A stretch of 64,000 bases of DNA from Ascidiella aspersa (Eukaryota), in NCBI GenBank assembly GCA_963924565.1, contig OZ004609.1:18786001-18850000 (forward strand), given 5' to 3'. The number at the start of each line of letters is the position of its first letter. Positions within the stretch are counted from its first letter, which is position 1. A model generated the notes under the pieces. It was given only the letters and a program-made list of their open reading frames with translations. It did no database searches and was not told where the DNA came from. The position numbers and the translations under genes were made by a program. Below, piece by piece: positions 63,401-64,000 of the stretch.

Positions 63401-63517
63401 ACAGAATTTATATTGTATTTACCCTTGTCTTTGTAGTTTCCTTGTCTTGGTAGGAGATGTAATGTTGGGAACCTCATCCTGTTTTTCCTCATCATGAGGT
63501 TCAACTGAATTACCATC
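36445..63517 (-). CDS. SSH: Protein phosphatase Slingshot homolog (cofilin phosphatase), 5'-partial. Exons 63423-63517, 60909-61012, 48085-48149, 47152-47342, 46579-46644, 45909-46094, 45387-45504, 44855-45006, 43593-43742, 43103-43300, 42352-42577, 41122-41221, 40737-40944, 39208-40201, 36445-37398
   Basis: SSH N-terminal motifs (SVSENFFAVKGAALILP, LLRPQDNIKLAVRLES, IKLDGDGGF, HIFKPVSVQAMWSALQ), a DEK-C-like region (IDNEMLTVLGQMD), a dual-specificity phosphatase domain (YLYLGSEWNASN; active site VHCKMGISRS) and a long Ser/Pro-rich tail. All introns are GT-AG and phase-consistent. The usual first exon is not in the window. Confidence 0.95.
37554..37643 (-). repeat. tRNA-derived sequence (A box, anticodon-like stem, B box) enclosed in a 20-bp inverted repeat; not a functional tRNA
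   Basis: Minus strand reads tagcctgcagtgaggttcga-tTAGGTCAGTTGGTAGAGCG-acggtc-gcggtat-gaccgt-AGGTCGTGAGTTCGAACCTCAC-tacaggcta. Arms 37554-37573 and 37624-37643 match 19/20. Confidence 0.75.
37755..38912. mobile_element. hAT (Buster-like) non-autonomous element containing a nested MITE
   Basis: TIR cagtgtttcccaac / gttgggaacctctg, perfect TSD ctatatac (37747-37754, 38913-38920), and subterminal cgccccc motifs. Confidence 0.9.
38016..38577. mobile_element. Nested hAT MITE, 562 bp
   Basis: TIR caagggtcggcaac / gttggcgccccctg, perfect TSD ctttaaat (38008-38015, 38578-38585), and gggccg subterminal motifs. Confidence 0.85.
38933..39172. mobile_element. Long inverted repeat, probable Penelope-like element terminal-repeat remnant
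   Basis: Arms 38933-38997 and 39107-39172 (~65 bp, 2 substitutions and 1 indel). The right arm starts inside a hammerhead motif and contains AATAAA. Confidence 0.6.
39071..39122 (+). ncRNA. Minimal type-I hammerhead ribozyme motif (Penelope-type)
   Basis: tca-CTGATGA(39080-39086)-t-ggca-caagcatt-tgcc-GAAA(39104-39107)-cgtt-tga. It has both core boxes, a 4-bp stem II, palindromic AACGTT in place of stem III, and stem I TCA/TGA extended by TTTAT/ATAAA. Confidence 0.65.
44247..44701. mobile_element. hAT MITE, 455 bp, with a 30-bp duplication of its left junction
   Basis: TIR caatgatcggcaaa / tttgccgactactg, flanks tatggcat/tatggaaa, and gcggccc motifs. 44196-44225 is repeated at 44231-44260. 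Confidence 0.7.
51099..51339 (-). CDS. SSH: Candidate alternative first coding exon of SSH (80 aa: MCSCAVAAYPSDLEASY...HDSQFELPQG)
   Basis: GC-rich open frame from ATG 51339 to the donor CAAG|GTAAAC in phase 1, which matches the phase-1 acceptor of exon 48085-48149. There is an in-frame stop upstream. Confidence 0.45.
61271..62218. mobile_element. hAT (Ac-like) non-autonomous element, 948 bp
   Basis: TIR taggggtgttcaaagtag / ctactttgaacatcccta (17/18), perfect TSD tttatgag (61263-61270, 62219-62226), and subterminal gattcg/attct repeats. Confidence 0.88.
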
Positions 63518-64000
63518 CTTAAATGCAACAACAGTTATTTGTTTATTATTGTACTGCTGTCCATAATATGCAGATATTATTATACAATAAGATATCTCTA
63601 TATTACTCAAAAAAGAAAAAACAAATAAAAAGAAATACGACCAATGTATTTTCTTTTGAAAATTTTAGGTTTCTGGAAATATCTTTCATCATAAGTTATA
63701 AAATTGACTTAATAAGAAGTTCAAATACCATAATTATAAGAGAATGATAAAAACAGTTAATTGTGCCATCAATATTAGTCCAGCTCTATGAATATTGGTG
63801 AACAATATTTATAAAAAAAAATCCTCAAAAATACAAATCTTTATAAAACATGGTATATGTATTTTAAACTGTTTTAAAATTTTAACTAGACTTTAAAATG
63901 TTTATAAAACAGTAAAATGCAAAACATAGGAAAAAACTGTTAAGAGCAAATCAAAAACAGAAAGGGAGAAACAGCATTTTTAGGAAGACTGAAGACCAGT

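Overview
AT-rich, intron-rich animal genomic DNA. An invertebrate chordate such as a tunicate is a plausible source, but that is only an impression from composition and protein similarity. Most entries in the ORF track are exon fragments, antisense shadows or chance ORFs. I reconstructed four minus-strand protein-coding genes by hand using GT-AG sites and reading-frame phase: (1) three exons of an unidentified gene that runs off the left edge; (2) a complete 19-coding-exon NAA15/NAA16 gene (NatA auxiliary subunit), 5249-18314; (3) a 3-exon gene with three C2H2 zinc fingers, 25281-29285; (4) a Slingshot (SSH) cofilin phosphatase, 36445->63517, whose first exon lies beyond the window and which has a candidate internal first exon. 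Introns and intergenic DNA carry many non-autonomous hAT elements with TIRs and 8-bp TSDs, some nested. The most unusual signals are in the last SSH intron: a minimal hammerhead-ribozyme motif inside a Penelope-like inverted repeat, and a tRNA-like core enclosed in its own inverted repeat; the two lie close together once a later hAT insertion is removed. Also notable are a perfect tandem duplication of an NAA15 exon end with its splice donor, and a 5'-CpG-poor / 3'-CpG-rich switch inside two genes.
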